Virus record (IMG/VR): IMGVR_UViG_3300018080_000025
Span: 1 to 55,118 of that record
DNA from: a virus
Taxonomy: Duplodnaviria; Caudoviricetes
Strand: one strand, 5' to 3'
Length of the DNA stretch: 55,118 bases
A program made the translations under genes and the position numbers. The stretch's first letter is position 1. The number at the start of each line of letters is the position of its first letter. The notes under the pieces were generated by a model that was not told the origin of the DNA, did no database searches, and saw nothing but the letters and a program-made list of their open reading frames with translations. This document shows, in pieces, positions 17,364 through 26,870 of this stretch.

Positions 17364-17575
17364 CTTACGACGAAGCCAAAGACGTAACGATGCCGTTCGG
17401 AAAGTACAAGGGGAAGACGTTGGCCGAAATCGCCGAGGCCGACGTGATGTACCTGGATTGGTTGAACGACGGGAAGCTCTACGGGAAGCTGAAGCCCGCG
17501 GTTGAAGCGGCCTGCGAGCAATTCGCCCACGAGATCGAGGCGAAGATGGCGGAGCGGGAAGGGGATCATAGCTAA
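17360..17575 (+). CDS. Small MPFGKYKG-motif protein (DUF3820/ExoX C-terminal-like)
   Basis: MPFGKYKGKTLAEI...YLDWL. Confidence 0.75.
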   Translation: MTYDEAKDVTMPFGKYKGKTLAEIAEADVMYLDWLNDGKLYGKLKPAVEAACEQFAHEIEAKMAEREGDHS

Positions 17576-18552
17576 CCGACCGCTGGCCCCTTCAATTTCC
17601 TGGCCGCCTCCTTGGCCCGCCTGGATCGGATCTGGGCGTATATCTGGGTTGTGGTGATGCGGGAATGGCCCAAAAGCTCCTGAAGCACCTCCAGCGATCC
17701 TGGCTTTCCGTCGTCGCCGTGGTCCAAGTAGTGCTGCGCAAACGTATGTCTGAGCGAGTAGACAGACCTAAGCCCGGCCCGGTAGCAGATCGCGTGCAGG
17801 CCATCCTTGCTATAGGGTTTGCCCAAGCGGCTGGGGAATACCCACTTGCCGCCTCGTTTCCGGCGTTGTCCGCGAAGGATCTCAGCAGCGTCTGGCGGGA
17901 GGTAGATCGTGCGGGATTTTCCATGGGCGGATGTCTTGTGCTTCTGCTTTGTGATGATGCCGGCCCGCAGATCCACTTCCGACCATTCCAGAAGCCGCGC
18001 CTCCGACGGCCGGCACCCCGTAGCCAGGATGAAGCGCAACAGCGGCTTGGCGCGTCCACGAATCCGTGAAAAGGCGGCCCGGATTTTGCTCAGCGATTCG
18101 TCCCGCCGCCCGGCCGTGGGCGGCGCGGACTTGATTCGTCGAGGCAACTGCCGGATCCAACCTTGCTCGTGCCCCCACCTCCAAGCGCGAGCCGCCGCCC
18201 CGACATACCGACGTACCGTCCACGGGCTCAGTCCTGCCGCCTCGAGTCTTTCGGCAAGCCCTTGGAGGTCGGCCGGAGCCAATTCGGAAAGCAAGCGCGG
18301 ACCAGACGCCGAAACCCAGTGGTGCAGATTCCCCAAATCGGACGGATGGAGATCGGTCCAGGCGTTAACAAGCCCAGCCACAGAAATTGGTTTCGGCCGC
18401 TGCCTCCCGCCGGCTTCCAACAACTCGTCGGCCCGGCGGTAAGCTTCGGCCGCATCCGTACCAAGATAGTGCTGTTTGCGGTTCAGCTTCAGCGTGTACC
18501 ACGGTTTCCGCCCGCGGCGCCGATGACGCTGTACCGAAGGATGCCAGCCCAT
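17572..18552 (-). CDS. int: Tyrosine recombinase (phage integrase)
   Basis: TGCRPSE, HKT, YSLRHTFA, LLGHSRITTTQIY; N-terminal arm-binding region; adjacent to attP. Confidence 0.95.
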   Translation of the reverse strand: MGWHPSVQRHRRRGRKPWYTLKLNRKQHYLGTDAAEAYRRADELLEAGGRQRPKPISVAGLVNAWTDLHPSDLGNLHHWVSASGPRLLSELAPADLQGLAERLEAAGLSPWTVRRYVGAAARAWRWGHEQGWIRQLPRRIKSAPPTAGRRDESLSKIRAAFSRIRGRAKPLLRFILATGCRPSEARLLEWSEVDLRAGIITKQKHKTSAHGKSRTIYLPPDAAEILRGQRRKRGGKWVFPSRLGKPYSKDGLHAICYRAGLRSVYSLRHTFAQHYLDHGDDGKPGSLEVLQELLGHSRITTTQIYAQIRSRRAKEAARKLKGPAVG

Positions 18553-18564
18553 GTGTAAATCGCC

Positions 18565-18823
18565 CAAGGGGGAGCGCGAATGCTCAAGGGGGAGCGCTTG
18601 GACGCCCCCGCCTGTTGGCATCATGCCCGGAAGTCGCGTGATTTCAAGCCCTTAGCGACTGGGCGATGACGGGCTCGAACCGCCGACCTCCTCCTTGTAA
18701 GGGAGGAATCCTTGCCTTGGCGCAAAAGCAACCGGGCATTGACGAAACAAAGACTGGATGCGCTCCCCCTTGCCCCTCAAACGACACCGAAAAACATTGG
18801 GGTTTTGACCCAAGGGGGAGCGC
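18565..18823. repeat. Four integrase arm-type sites CAAGGGGGAGCGC
   Basis: Direct copies at 18565, 18585 and 18811; inverted copy at 18760-18772; they flank the tRNA-derived core. Confidence 0.8.
18660..18706 (-). other. attP core: 3' part of tRNA-Val(TAC)
   Basis: Minus strand CCTCCCTTACAAGGAGGAGGTCGGCGGTTCGAGCCCGTCATCGCCCA has an anticodon arm (TAC), T arm and 3' acceptor strand; the 5' half is absent. Confidence 0.9.
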
Positions 18824-19650
18824 TAGAGCCGTGCGAGGATATCCTGCCAGTGCTGGCGGACGTAGGAGGCGCCACCTAGGTCGCGTAGCCTGCGCCGAAC
18901 CGTCGAACGATCCACGCCGGCAGCACGGGCGGCCTCTATCACACCGAGGTCATGCTGGCCGACGAGACGCACGAGCTTGGCTAGCGAGACTTTGTAGTGG
19001 CCGCTGCCCCGACCTCCCCAGCCGCAAGGCGGGTCGGGCGGTTCCTCTCCGTTTTTCTCGGCCTTGGCCACACGCTTCTTGTGCAAGGTCAGGGTCCGCC
19101 GGACGTAGGATTCGCTCGTGTTCATTAGGGTTGCCAGGGCGGATATGCTTTCACCTTGTTCCCGTCTCCTGATGATTTCCTTAGCCTTTGCTTTGGCCGC
19201 TTCGATACCGGCCTGCTGGGCGGACAGTATACGTTCCCGATGCGCCTCTGCAAAAGCCAAGTGCATCGCGACCATCACCTTGAGAATGGCTTGCCCCATC
19301 CAATTGTGGGGATTGACCTCAAGGGTGTTGTCTACAAAGATCATCTTCACCCCGGCCCGCTGCCATTTGTCGATGGCCACAAGCCCGTCAATCATGGTGC
19401 GGGCAAACCGATCGACCGAGTACATCACCACGGTATGTATCTCGCCGTGGAAGATGGCCTTTTCCAATTGGTAGATCCCAGGCCGCTGCATTTCCGATCC
19501 GGTTTCTCCCTCGTCGATGTACCAGTAATCGAGCGGGATGGTCATCCCATGACCACGTAGATACCGTTTGATCGATTCCTGTTGTGCCTTGACGTTTTGG
19601 TCGTCGGTGCTCACACGCATGTAGACGGCCGCGTGGTTATCATTTGTCAT
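18823..19650 (-). CDS. Serine recombinase (resolvase/invertase family) with C-terminal HTH
   Basis: YMRVSTDDQ, DEGETGSEMQRPG, VDRFAR; C-terminal AARAAGVDRSTVRR. Confidence 0.92.
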   Translation of the reverse strand: MTNDNHAAVYMRVSTDDQNVKAQQESIKRYLRGHGMTIPLDYWYIDEGETGSEMQRPGIYQLEKAIFHGEIHTVVMYSVDRFARTMIDGLVAIDKWQRAGVKMIFVDNTLEVNPHNWMGQAILKVMVAMHLAFAEAHRERILSAQQAGIEAAKAKAKEIIRRREQGESISALATLMNTSESYVRRTLTLHKKRVAKAEKNGEEPPDPPCGWGGRGSGHYKVSLAKLVRLVGQHDLGVIEAARAAGVDRSTVRRRLRDLGGASYVRQHWQDILARL

Positions 19651-19847
19651 GGTTCTGTCAGCTCCAGCATGGCCGCCAACGAGGTGCGCAGCTTGTCCTC
19701 AGCCCAGTGCACGTTCAGGCTTTGGGCGATAATCTCCGCCAGCGCGATCTTTTCACCGCGATCCATATCATCGGCTTCGACTGTGGCCACGATGTTGTCA
19801 TTGTGATCCAGGACGTGAAAACCCGAGTTATGAAAAGGCGGCTTCAT
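19647..19847 (-). CDS. Hypothetical protein
   Basis: AAGGAG RBS; coupled to the serine recombinase. Confidence 0.55.
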   Translation of the reverse strand: MKPPFHNSGFHVLDHNDNIVATVEADDMDRGEKIALAEIIAQSLNVHWAEDKLRTSLAAMLELTEP

Positions 19848-19887
19848 AGTTGGTCTCCTTCTTTCGCATCCCGCAGGACGCCATCCA

Positions 19888-20235
19888 TTACCGCCGCATA
19901 GGTCTGAACGGCTCTGAATGAAGCTCGAACAACTGCGCCCTGTAGGTTTCGGCAAGCCATATCCGTCCAGGGGCACAGCTCAAATGAGTTCGCGATCCAT
20001 CGCCCGTAAATGTAAAGGCTCGCGGATTGTGTGGTCGCCTCTCGGTTGGCATGGCACTTTGGATGCTGCAATGCTCGTGCATCTCACTCGTTACGATCTT
20101 ATGACATTCCGGGCAGTATGCGTTGTTCTGGTATTTCTTGGGCTTGCGCTTATGGCAACGGGCGCAGTGCTCCAACAACCAAGGTGCGCTCTTTGCCACG
20201 TCTTCAATCTGTCGCAATGTCTCGGGCAAGTCCAT
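19888..20235 (-). CDS. Zinc-finger hypothetical protein
   Basis: CARC...CPEC; 3' extent uncertain because of the overlapping ORF 19844-20071. Confidence 0.4.
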   Translation of the reverse strand: MDLPETLRQIEDVAKSAPWLLEHCARCHKRKPKKYQNNAYCPECHKIVTSEMHEHCSIQSAMPTERRPHNPRAFTFTGDGSRTHLSCAPGRIWLAETYRAQLFELHSEPFRPMRR

Positions 20236-20563
20236 TAAACACCGCTTCGCACTGCCCCTCAGTCATATCGCCCTGCGCGCCTCTCTCCAGGTCAGGCCGC
20301 AGGCGACCGCAGCGCGGGCACTTGATTGTTGCGCCCCGATCATTCGTCCGCCCGCAGTAGCATTGCCAGGTGGATAGATTCGGATCGCATCGCCAGCAAA
20401 TGACGCGCCTGTGCTCATCGTCGATCAGGTCCCACGGCTTGCGCGAGAGCGCAACCGCATTGTTATGTGACCAGCCAAGTTGCCATAGCAGCCTGCGCCT
20501 CTCCGCCCTGCCAAGCCGCGCCCATTTGTCCGCCGTCATTGGTGATACAGCTTCCAATCGCAT
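20204..20563 (-). CDS. Zinc-ribbon hypothetical protein
   Basis: WQCYC...CPRC. Confidence 0.5.
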   Translation of the reverse strand: MRLEAVSPMTADKWARLGRAERRRLLWQLGWSHNNAVALSRKPWDLIDDEHRRVICWRCDPNLSTWQCYCGRTNDRGATIKCPRCGRLRPDLERGAQGDMTEGQCEAVFNGLARDIATD

Positions 20564-20732
20564 CTTGCACCGCCTTTCCGGTGCGACTAACCTCAATGCG
20601 CCGTCGGGACACGCGCCCGCCGGCCAGCCCCCCGGCCAGTCGCATGGCGCGGGGGGCAAGTTGTCTTCACGCCTCAAAAGCGCCCGCCCGGGGTGCCGGG
20701 GTGCAGGGCAGAGCCCCGGCCGGCAGGAGAGA

Positions 20733-21284
20733 TTACTGCTTCACACGCGCGGCGATTATCGCCAGGTCTTCGCCCGGAACATTCGGTTTCCGGCCCTGAA
20801 CAAACTTCACGAGATTGCCGACGTGATTCTTTCCGACGCCGAGCCTATCGGCAAGCCGGTCAGCACCCAGCTCCGCCAGCATCGGCGCCAGCGTGTCCCG
20901 CAAGGCAGCCCGATCAACCGCCGCTTGGCCGCGGCGGTCCGCGTGTTCCTGCGCGAGCCGTCGCGCTTTGGCCTCGTCGCGCAGGTAGCCTTCTCGCTCC
21001 AGCGTCGCCAGCGCTGCGGCCATGGCTTCGGCCCCTGATTCGTATACCACGCTATGCGGGCCTACGTCCCCATGGCCCGGTACGCGAGTGATCCTCGCGA
21101 TCCACCCGGATTCCCATTCCGCGTCAGCGGGCGGATTCTCGCCGATCCCGGCGTAGTAGTCCGCCACACTCTCGGGGTCTTGCTGCTCGATTCGGACGGT
21201 CGCGGTCTCGACCGCAGGGATATAGCGCGGTGCGCGGCTCCCCTGATTCCGGACCGAGTTTGGTCGCCAAAGGTTCGCCCGCAT
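20733..21284 (-). CDS. Hypothetical protein, possible C-terminal HTH
   Basis: AAAGGAGAG RBS; GADRLADRLGVGKNHVGNL. Confidence 0.6.
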   Translation of the reverse strand: MRANLWRPNSVRNQGSRAPRYIPAVETATVRIEQQDPESVADYYAGIGENPPADAEWESGWIARITRVPGHGDVGPHSVVYESGAEAMAAALATLEREGYLRDEAKARRLAQEHADRRGQAAVDRAALRDTLAPMLAELGADRLADRLGVGKNHVGNLVKFVQGRKPNVPGEDLAIIAARVKQ

Positions 21285-21373
21285 GATTCTCTCCTTTCGC
21301 CCCGGCGTGCCGCCGGAAGGCCCTGCGCCGCATGGCCCAGGCCCCGGGGCTCCGTGGAGCCCGGGGGTGAGGG

Positions 21374-21760
21374 TCAGGCTGTCGCCTCGTGTTCGGCCAG
21401 CAGCGCCGCGCAGATGGCCCGCCCGATCTCATCGCACAGCTCCGGCCAAGCCGATCGCACCGCAGAGCCGCGCGTGTCGCCCTCATCGGGCAGGCCGAGC
21501 ACGGCCTCGATGATTCGCGCGCCTTCGTTCGCCGCGCACCACTCAGCGTGATCATTTGTCGTGCCGTCTGCCCAGCAGCCTACCCGCCATTCGGCGTGCT
21601 CCTCGGACATGTGGCCGGCGAGGCGCCAGGAAATATGAGCCACACCCGACAGCCAGTCGCACGCCTCCTCGCGATTTGCGCGGACATCGGTGATGGCGCA
21701 GACTTCGATCGGGATCGCCCCTAGCTCACCCTGCCATACGTTTTCGTCGCACATGATCAT
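21374..21760 (-). CDS. Hypothetical protein
   Basis: AAAGGAGAG RBS. Confidence 0.55.
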   Translation of the reverse strand: MIMCDENVWQGELGAIPIEVCAITDVRANREEACDWLSGVAHISWRLAGHMSEEHAEWRVGCWADGTTNDHAEWCAANEGARIIEAVLGLPDEGDTRGSAVRSAWPELCDEIGRAICAALLAEHEATA

Positions 21761-21796
21761 CTCTCCTTTCGCCCCGGCGATGCCGGGAAAATGGGG

Positions 21797-22432
21797 CTAT
21801 GCCGCCTGTAGCTCCATGCTCAGCAGACGGGCCGGGAGTTGGTTCAACTGGTCGCGGATGTTCAACCCGAAATACTTGACGAGCTTGTCGGCCCACTTGG
21901 GATCATCGGGTATCGGCAAGCCTTCGGCCTCGGCGATGCGCTCCAGGTAGCGCGCCACGTCACCCGATCGCACCTTCTGCAGCTCAAAGCGTGTCCACCG
22001 GGACAAGAGGATGCCGTCCGTCCAGTCGGTTTCGGTCGTGGTCCCCACGATCAGCACGTGGGCGGGGAGCGCTTCGAGCAGCGAAAGCAGATGGTCGGCC
22101 GCTCGCCCGGTGACCGTGTGTATCTCGTCAATGACGTAGAGCTTGCGGCCGTGCCCGCCACACCCGTAGATCATCATGTCGTTGGCGAGTTGACGGAGCC
22201 GACCCACGTCGCATTCGGCCGATTCGATCTTGTGCATGTCCCAATCGGACACGCCCCATTTGCGAGCAGCGCACTCGGCAAGCGTCGTCTTGCCGCTGCC
22301 CGAGGGACCGGTCAACAGAAACGCCAGACCCGAATCGTGCGCCTCTCCGAGATACCATTCCATGGCCCGGATCACGCGCTCCTGTCCGATCACGTCATCA
22401 AACGTCCGCGGTCTGTATTTCTCGGCTAACAT
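21797..22432 (-). CDS. Clamp-loader-clade AAA+ ATPase (DnaX/RFC/RarA-like), short form
   Basis: LAEKYRPRTFDDVIGQ, GPSGSGKTT, VIDEIH, LLSRW. Confidence 0.88.
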   Translation of the reverse strand: MLAEKYRPRTFDDVIGQERVIRAMEWYLGEAHDSGLAFLLTGPSGSGKTTLAECAARKWGVSDWDMHKIESAECDVGRLRQLANDMMIYGCGGHGRKLYVIDEIHTVTGRAADHLLSLLEALPAHVLIVGTTTETDWTDGILLSRWTRFELQKVRSGDVARYLERIAEAEGLPIPDDPKWADKLVKYFGLNIRDQLNQLPARLLSMELQAA

Positions 22433-22722
22433 GCGTCACCGCCTTCCCACGCCGGCCATAGGTGCCGGCACTGACTCGGCAGGTGGTCCGCGACGATGGC
22501 GGCAAGCTCCGGCGCCGGGCATGCCGCGCGGTGGTCGTCAATCATGAGGCTTGCCAAGCCGTTGCGATCCACGCCGACGTGTACGCGGTGACCAGCGAGT
22601 GCGGCATACGGCCACTGGCTGTTGGGCCTGTCAGCCCAAGCGCGGGTATCGCGCCGGCTCAGGAGCATCGTGTAGCCGCATATTGCTCCGGAGGGTTCGG
22701 TTCGCGGATTTACGTACATCAT
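22426..22722 (-). CDS. Hypothetical protein
   Basis: Coupled ORF. Confidence 0.5.
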   Translation of the reverse strand: MMYVNPRTEPSGAICGYTMLLSRRDTRAWADRPNSQWPYAALAGHRVHVGVDRNGLASLMIDDHRAACPAPELAAIVADHLPSQCRHLWPAWEGGDAC

Positions 22723-22991
22723 GCACCCCCTGCCGGCTTGGTAATGTCCACCAGTCGCCAACCAAAATGCGGCGCGAGGAAGTCCGCATCGGTGACGACG
22801 AAAAGTCGGCCAGCATTGGTAATCCACCATACGTACATCAGTTGCCGGGTCTCACACGCCATCGCGCAGGCGCACTGGTAAGCGTGGGCCTGGCTGGCGT
22901 AATGAGTCCGGCATGTCTCGCCCGTGCGCCTCTCTTGCGCCCGGGCTTCACTCAGGGCGGCTTCCATTTGCAGTCGGTCGGTCGTGTTCAT
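22719..22991 (-). CDS. Hypothetical protein
   Basis: GAGG RBS; ATGA overlap with the next gene. Confidence 0.5.
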   Translation of the reverse strand: MNTTDRLQMEAALSEARAQERRTGETCRTHYASQAHAYQCACAMACETRQLMYVWWITNAGRLFVVTDADFLAPHFGWRLVDITKPAGGA

Positions 22992-23055
22992 CGTGCGCCT
23001 CTCTGTTCCTGCGAAATAGACGGGACTACCCCGCCTAGCGGGCAGGGCGCCCCGA

Positions 23056-24261
23056 TCATCCCATCGTCAACACTTCGCCCCACGGCGCGGAGCGCCGGGC
23101 GGGCTCCGGTGTCACCCACAGGACCGGATAGTCGGGCTCCGCGTCCGGGTATTCCGAGCACTCCAGATCGGTGAAGTAAACAAGCGCGGCGGGTTCGATT
23201 CCCTGCCGGTCAATCCAATCGAACACCGGGCGGAATGAGGTCCCGCCTCCGCCGCGCGGGTCAACGTCGATGGGCAAGTCCGCGGTCGAATACTCCGCCG
23301 TCGATTGAATCGCGGTATCGCAACAGACGACATGGGCCGTAGTCGGGTACGCGCCGAGCGCGTCCGATAGTGCCGCGCAGAACCGGGACAGGGCGGGCTT
23401 GTCAATAGACCCGGAGGTATCGACCGCCAGAACCACGCACGGCAATTCATCGGACCGGAGGGACGGCAAGGCGAAACCGCTCTGCAGATACCTCCGCGAC
23501 GGGCGAGCCCAATCGTAATCATTCCGGGCGCAGCGCTGCACGAAATCCGCAAGCACTACGCGCCAATCCAAGGACCGGTCCGTCAGCTTGTCCACAAGGC
23601 GGGCAATCGCGCCGGGCAAGTCCCCGGCCGCCCGTGCGGACTTGGCCGCCTGCACCGTCGCAACCTGCCAATCCGCCTCCGATGGGCAATCGGCATCGGC
23701 CGAATCCCCATCGACTATCGCACCGCACCGGCCGGGATCGGGCGCCCCGCCAGGCTGCGGAGCGCCCGTCCCGTCGGCACCGTCTGAAGCTTGTCCTGCG
23801 CCGGTATCCTCCGATGGGCCGGGCAAGCCGGAGGGACCCGGCTCCCCGGCTTGGCCCGCCTGCGGGTCAACGGCCATGGCGCCGTATATCTGCTCGGCGG
23901 ATTGCCCGTCGAATCGCGGAGCCCGGAGCGCCCCGGCCGGGAGCTGAAAGCCGGATTCGGCCAGAATCGCGTTTATCGCGTAGTCGGCCGACACGTTCCA
24001 TCGCTTCAAGTCCCGGCCGTCCCGGCGCCATTGGTGTCCGTGGGCGCAGTGCAGGACCTCATGCGCCAGAAGCCCGCGGACCTCCGGCGCGGTCAATCCG
24101 TCGATAAATCCCGGATTGAATCGGACGGACTTCCCATCGGTTGCCGCGGTATCAACTCCGGGATCGGCCACAAGCCGGAGGCGCAATGCCAGGGACCCGT
24201 AGAACGGGAAGTCCAGTACCAGCGCGGTCCGGGCTTTCGTCAGCTTGTCAACGGCGGTCAC
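23056..24261 (-). CDS. Metallopeptidase-like + vWA domain protein (DUF2201-like)
   Basis: TAATDG, LAHEVLH (HExxH), low-complexity linker, DTSGS MIDAS, GGGTSF, FTDLE. Confidence 0.88.
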   Translation of the reverse strand: MTAVDKLTKARTALVLDFPFYGSLALRLRLVADPGVDTAATDGKSVRFNPGFIDGLTAPEVRGLLAHEVLHCAHGHQWRRDGRDLKRWNVSADYAINAILAESGFQLPAGALRAPRFDGQSAEQIYGAMAVDPQAGQAGEPGPSGLPGPSEDTGAGQASDGADGTGAPQPGGAPDPGRCGAIVDGDSADADCPSEADWQVATVQAAKSARAAGDLPGAIARLVDKLTDRSLDWRVVLADFVQRCARNDYDWARPSRRYLQSGFALPSLRSDELPCVVLAVDTSGSIDKPALSRFCAALSDALGAYPTTAHVVCCDTAIQSTAEYSTADLPIDVDPRGGGGTSFRPVFDWIDRQGIEPAALVYFTDLECSEYPDAEPDYPVLWVTPEPARRSAPWGEVLTMG

Positions 24262-25121
24262 GAGACACCTCCGCCCATGTAGGCGGCCATGGCCGATTGA
24301 ATCTGCCGGGCTTGGTCCGCGACCTCCGCCCGGTGCCGCTTGTCGTCCCGGAGGTCCTGCGGATTCAGACCGGCCAGACGGCGCTCGACGTCCTGCCGGG
24401 CCGCTTCCAGATTGGCGTCCCCGGTCAGATTCAGCTTGGGAAGCAAACCGCACAAGTCCCGCACGTTGCCGATCAGGGAATCGCGGAAAACCGCGTCCGA
24501 ATCGGACAGACGGGACACGATATGCGAGACCGCATCGTACAAGCGCTGCCATGCGTCGCGCATCGCTTCCGAGACCGCGGATTCGGTCCGCGCCCCGATC
24601 TCACGGCGAATCCGGTCAACCTCCGCGTCTGAAAGCTGCACCCGGAAGTCATCGGCGGCCGGGATCGGGTCAACGGACATATCCCACGTATAGCGTGACC
24701 GGATTTGATCGGCCGGAGGATAATCCTCCGGTCTGAACATGCCATTGAGGCGGAGTTGCGCCTGTTGCACGAGCGCCGGATACGCGCCGACAAGGGCGTT
24801 GACCGCTTGCCAGAAGTGGTCCTGCGCTTCCCGCATGTCCTTTGAGTAGTCAAACCACGCGGCCGACGGCAAGATCCGGGCTCCGTCGTCGCGCCACGGC
24901 AGAGTGTACTTGTAGTGCGTCAACCGGGCGGCCGATGCCGCGGATTGAACCGCCTTGATCGATTCGGCCGCCACCAGCAGCTTGTTGTAGCGCCCCGCGT
25001 CGGCGGATGCTTGGTGGGTCCGGCAGACTTCCGCCGTGATTTCCTTGTCGTGCTTACGGGCGCTCCACTGCGTGATTGACAGACGGGCCAGCATGGCCCG
25101 GCTTGTAATGTCAGTGTTCAT
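24258..25121 (-). CDS. Helical protein, middle gene of the AAA-vWA module
   Basis: GGAGG RBS; lies between the ATPase and vWA genes; HYKYTLPW motif. Confidence 0.75.
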   Translation of the reverse strand: MNTDITSRAMLARLSITQWSARKHDKEITAEVCRTHQASADAGRYNKLLVAAESIKAVQSAASAARLTHYKYTLPWRDDGARILPSAAWFDYSKDMREAQDHFWQAVNALVGAYPALVQQAQLRLNGMFRPEDYPPADQIRSRYTWDMSVDPIPAADDFRVQLSDAEVDRIRREIGARTESAVSEAMRDAWQRLYDAVSHIVSRLSDSDAVFRDSLIGNVRDLCGLLPKLNLTGDANLEAARQDVERRLAGLNPQDLRDDKRHRAEVADQARQIQSAMAAYMGGGVS

Positions 25122-25162
25122 CGTCGATACCTCCGGATAACGGGCGGAATCCGCCCGGATTG

Positions 25163-26149
25163 TCACTTGAAGACGTTCGGATTCGCCGTTGCCCATCGTG
25201 CGAACGATGGGGCGTTAGCGATAACCGAATCCCTCCGATGCGCGTCCCGCACGAGCAGCGCGGAGAACTCAGACGGCAAGCGCAGCGCGTACCGCAGGAT
25301 CCGCTCGCCCGTCTGATCGGAGCACTTACCCGCCAGCGCGACACACAAGGTTCGCAGGGTGTCCGGGTCCTGCGGTATGTCGCCCACGTCCGGATTCAAC
25401 AGAATCCCGTCCGGGCTCGGCAACTGACGCCACACCCGGAGAAACGCCAGAAATTCCGTTGCCGCACCTTGCCCGACCGCGCCGGCCAGAACCTCCGGAC
25501 CGTCGAATCCGAGACCGATCAGCCGGGACAAGGCCGCCCACGTCCGGGGACAGGGGGAATTCACAAGGTCCGCGGTCGGCTGAAAATCGTGCAATAGCTC
25601 CGGCTTGAAGCGCAGGAACGCGACCAGCTCCGGCGCGACACCGGCGCGGAAAGCCCACGAGCACCAGTCGTCAAGGTCGGGCTCCAGTTGCAGGATTGCG
25701 GCGAATCGGGACTTGACGGGCTCCAGAATCCCCGTCACGCCGGCCTTGTCCTGCCGACGATTCGACGCAGCCACGAACACGACGGCATCGGATACCGCAT
25801 GGCCGTTGACGCGCCGGGCCAATAGCAGTTGCATAGCGGCCGCCTGCACGGCCGGGGGCGCTTGCCCGAGGTCGTCCAGAAGACAGACGGTCAATTCCGT
25901 CGCCTGGCACAACTGCCGGAGGTCCCCAAACGGCAGAAACTCCGCCCGGCCGTCAACGATCCCCGGCAAGCCCTTGTAGTCGGTCGGGTCCGACACGACA
26001 GGATGGGACACGAGCAGTTGCGCCCCGGCCGCCTCCGCGGCTTGTGAGACGAGGTCCGTCTTGCCGATCCCCGGCGCGCCGGCCAGCAACACCGGCAGGC
26101 GCGCAGGAATGGTCCGGGACAGGACCTCCGAGACTTCAGACGGTCTCAT
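25163..26149 (-). CDS. MoxR-like AAA+ ATPase
   Basis: GAPGIGKT, LLDDLGQAPPAVQAAAMQL, AASN, VKSRF, PRTW. Confidence 0.9.
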   Translation of the reverse strand: MRPSEVSEVLSRTIPARLPVLLAGAPGIGKTDLVSQAAEAAGAQLLVSHPVVSDPTDYKGLPGIVDGRAEFLPFGDLRQLCQATELTVCLLDDLGQAPPAVQAAAMQLLLARRVNGHAVSDAVVFVAASNRRQDKAGVTGILEPVKSRFAAILQLEPDLDDWCSWAFRAGVAPELVAFLRFKPELLHDFQPTADLVNSPCPRTWAALSRLIGLGFDGPEVLAGAVGQGAATEFLAFLRVWRQLPSPDGILLNPDVGDIPQDPDTLRTLCVALAGKCSDQTGERILRYALRLPSEFSALLVRDAHRRDSVIANAPSFARWATANPNVFK

Positions 26150-26445
26150 TGGATTGTGCTCCCGAAACGGGATAGGATGGTAGCGTCGATGGGTCACACC
26201 CCATCGGCCGCGCCCCGCGGCAACCCGCATTGCCGGCGGGGTTTTTTCGCCAGTGATACCCTACCACAGAATCGCCGATGGGGCAAGTACGTTCCCCCGG
26301 ATTCGGGCGGAAAAATACGTAACCTGCTGTGACACAACACGTTAGGCGCGCAAGAAAATCTACTTTTTTTTGGGGCGATACCGATCCGAGGTACATGCGC
26401 ACTTGCCCCGCGTTCCCGCCTATGCGCGCGCAGCCTACCCTAATT

Positions 26446-26870
26446 TGGGTAATAGTACCCACTGGGTAATAGTACCCAGAATTGGGTAATGGGTAATTTG
26501 GCAGAGTCTTGCCGATATTGTCGAGATCCTGACAACGGGTTCGGCGCGTCCGTCGATGCCATTTACGATTATGCGGTCTGGGTAAGATAGGTAAGATTCG
26601 GGCTGGCGGGTGGAATTGGGGTGGAATTGGGGCGGAATTACGGAATTGGCGCGAGACTTGGGGGCGGATGGGGCGTTTGGTGTCCCTCGTGGCCGGCGGT
26701 GCTGGCGGGGGCGCCAGAGGGGATCGGGGCAAGTCGGGGGCGGGGCATGTGGAGTACACTCCAAAAGCCCCCTTCGGGTCGGTCGCCAGGAGCGAGCGCG
26801 CCCGCCTGGGATGGGGAGATTGGCTATCGAGGCGGATTCCGGGCGGATTCCGGGCGGTTTCCGGCCGCTG
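26446..26870. repeat. Cluster of short repeats in a large intergenic region
   Basis: TGGGTAATAGTACCCA x2, GGAATT x4, GGCGG(A/T)TTCCG x3. Confidence 0.75.

Noticed and set aside
18660-18706. Functional tRNA-Val gene
   Set aside because: The 5' acceptor strand and D arm are missing, so it is an attP core
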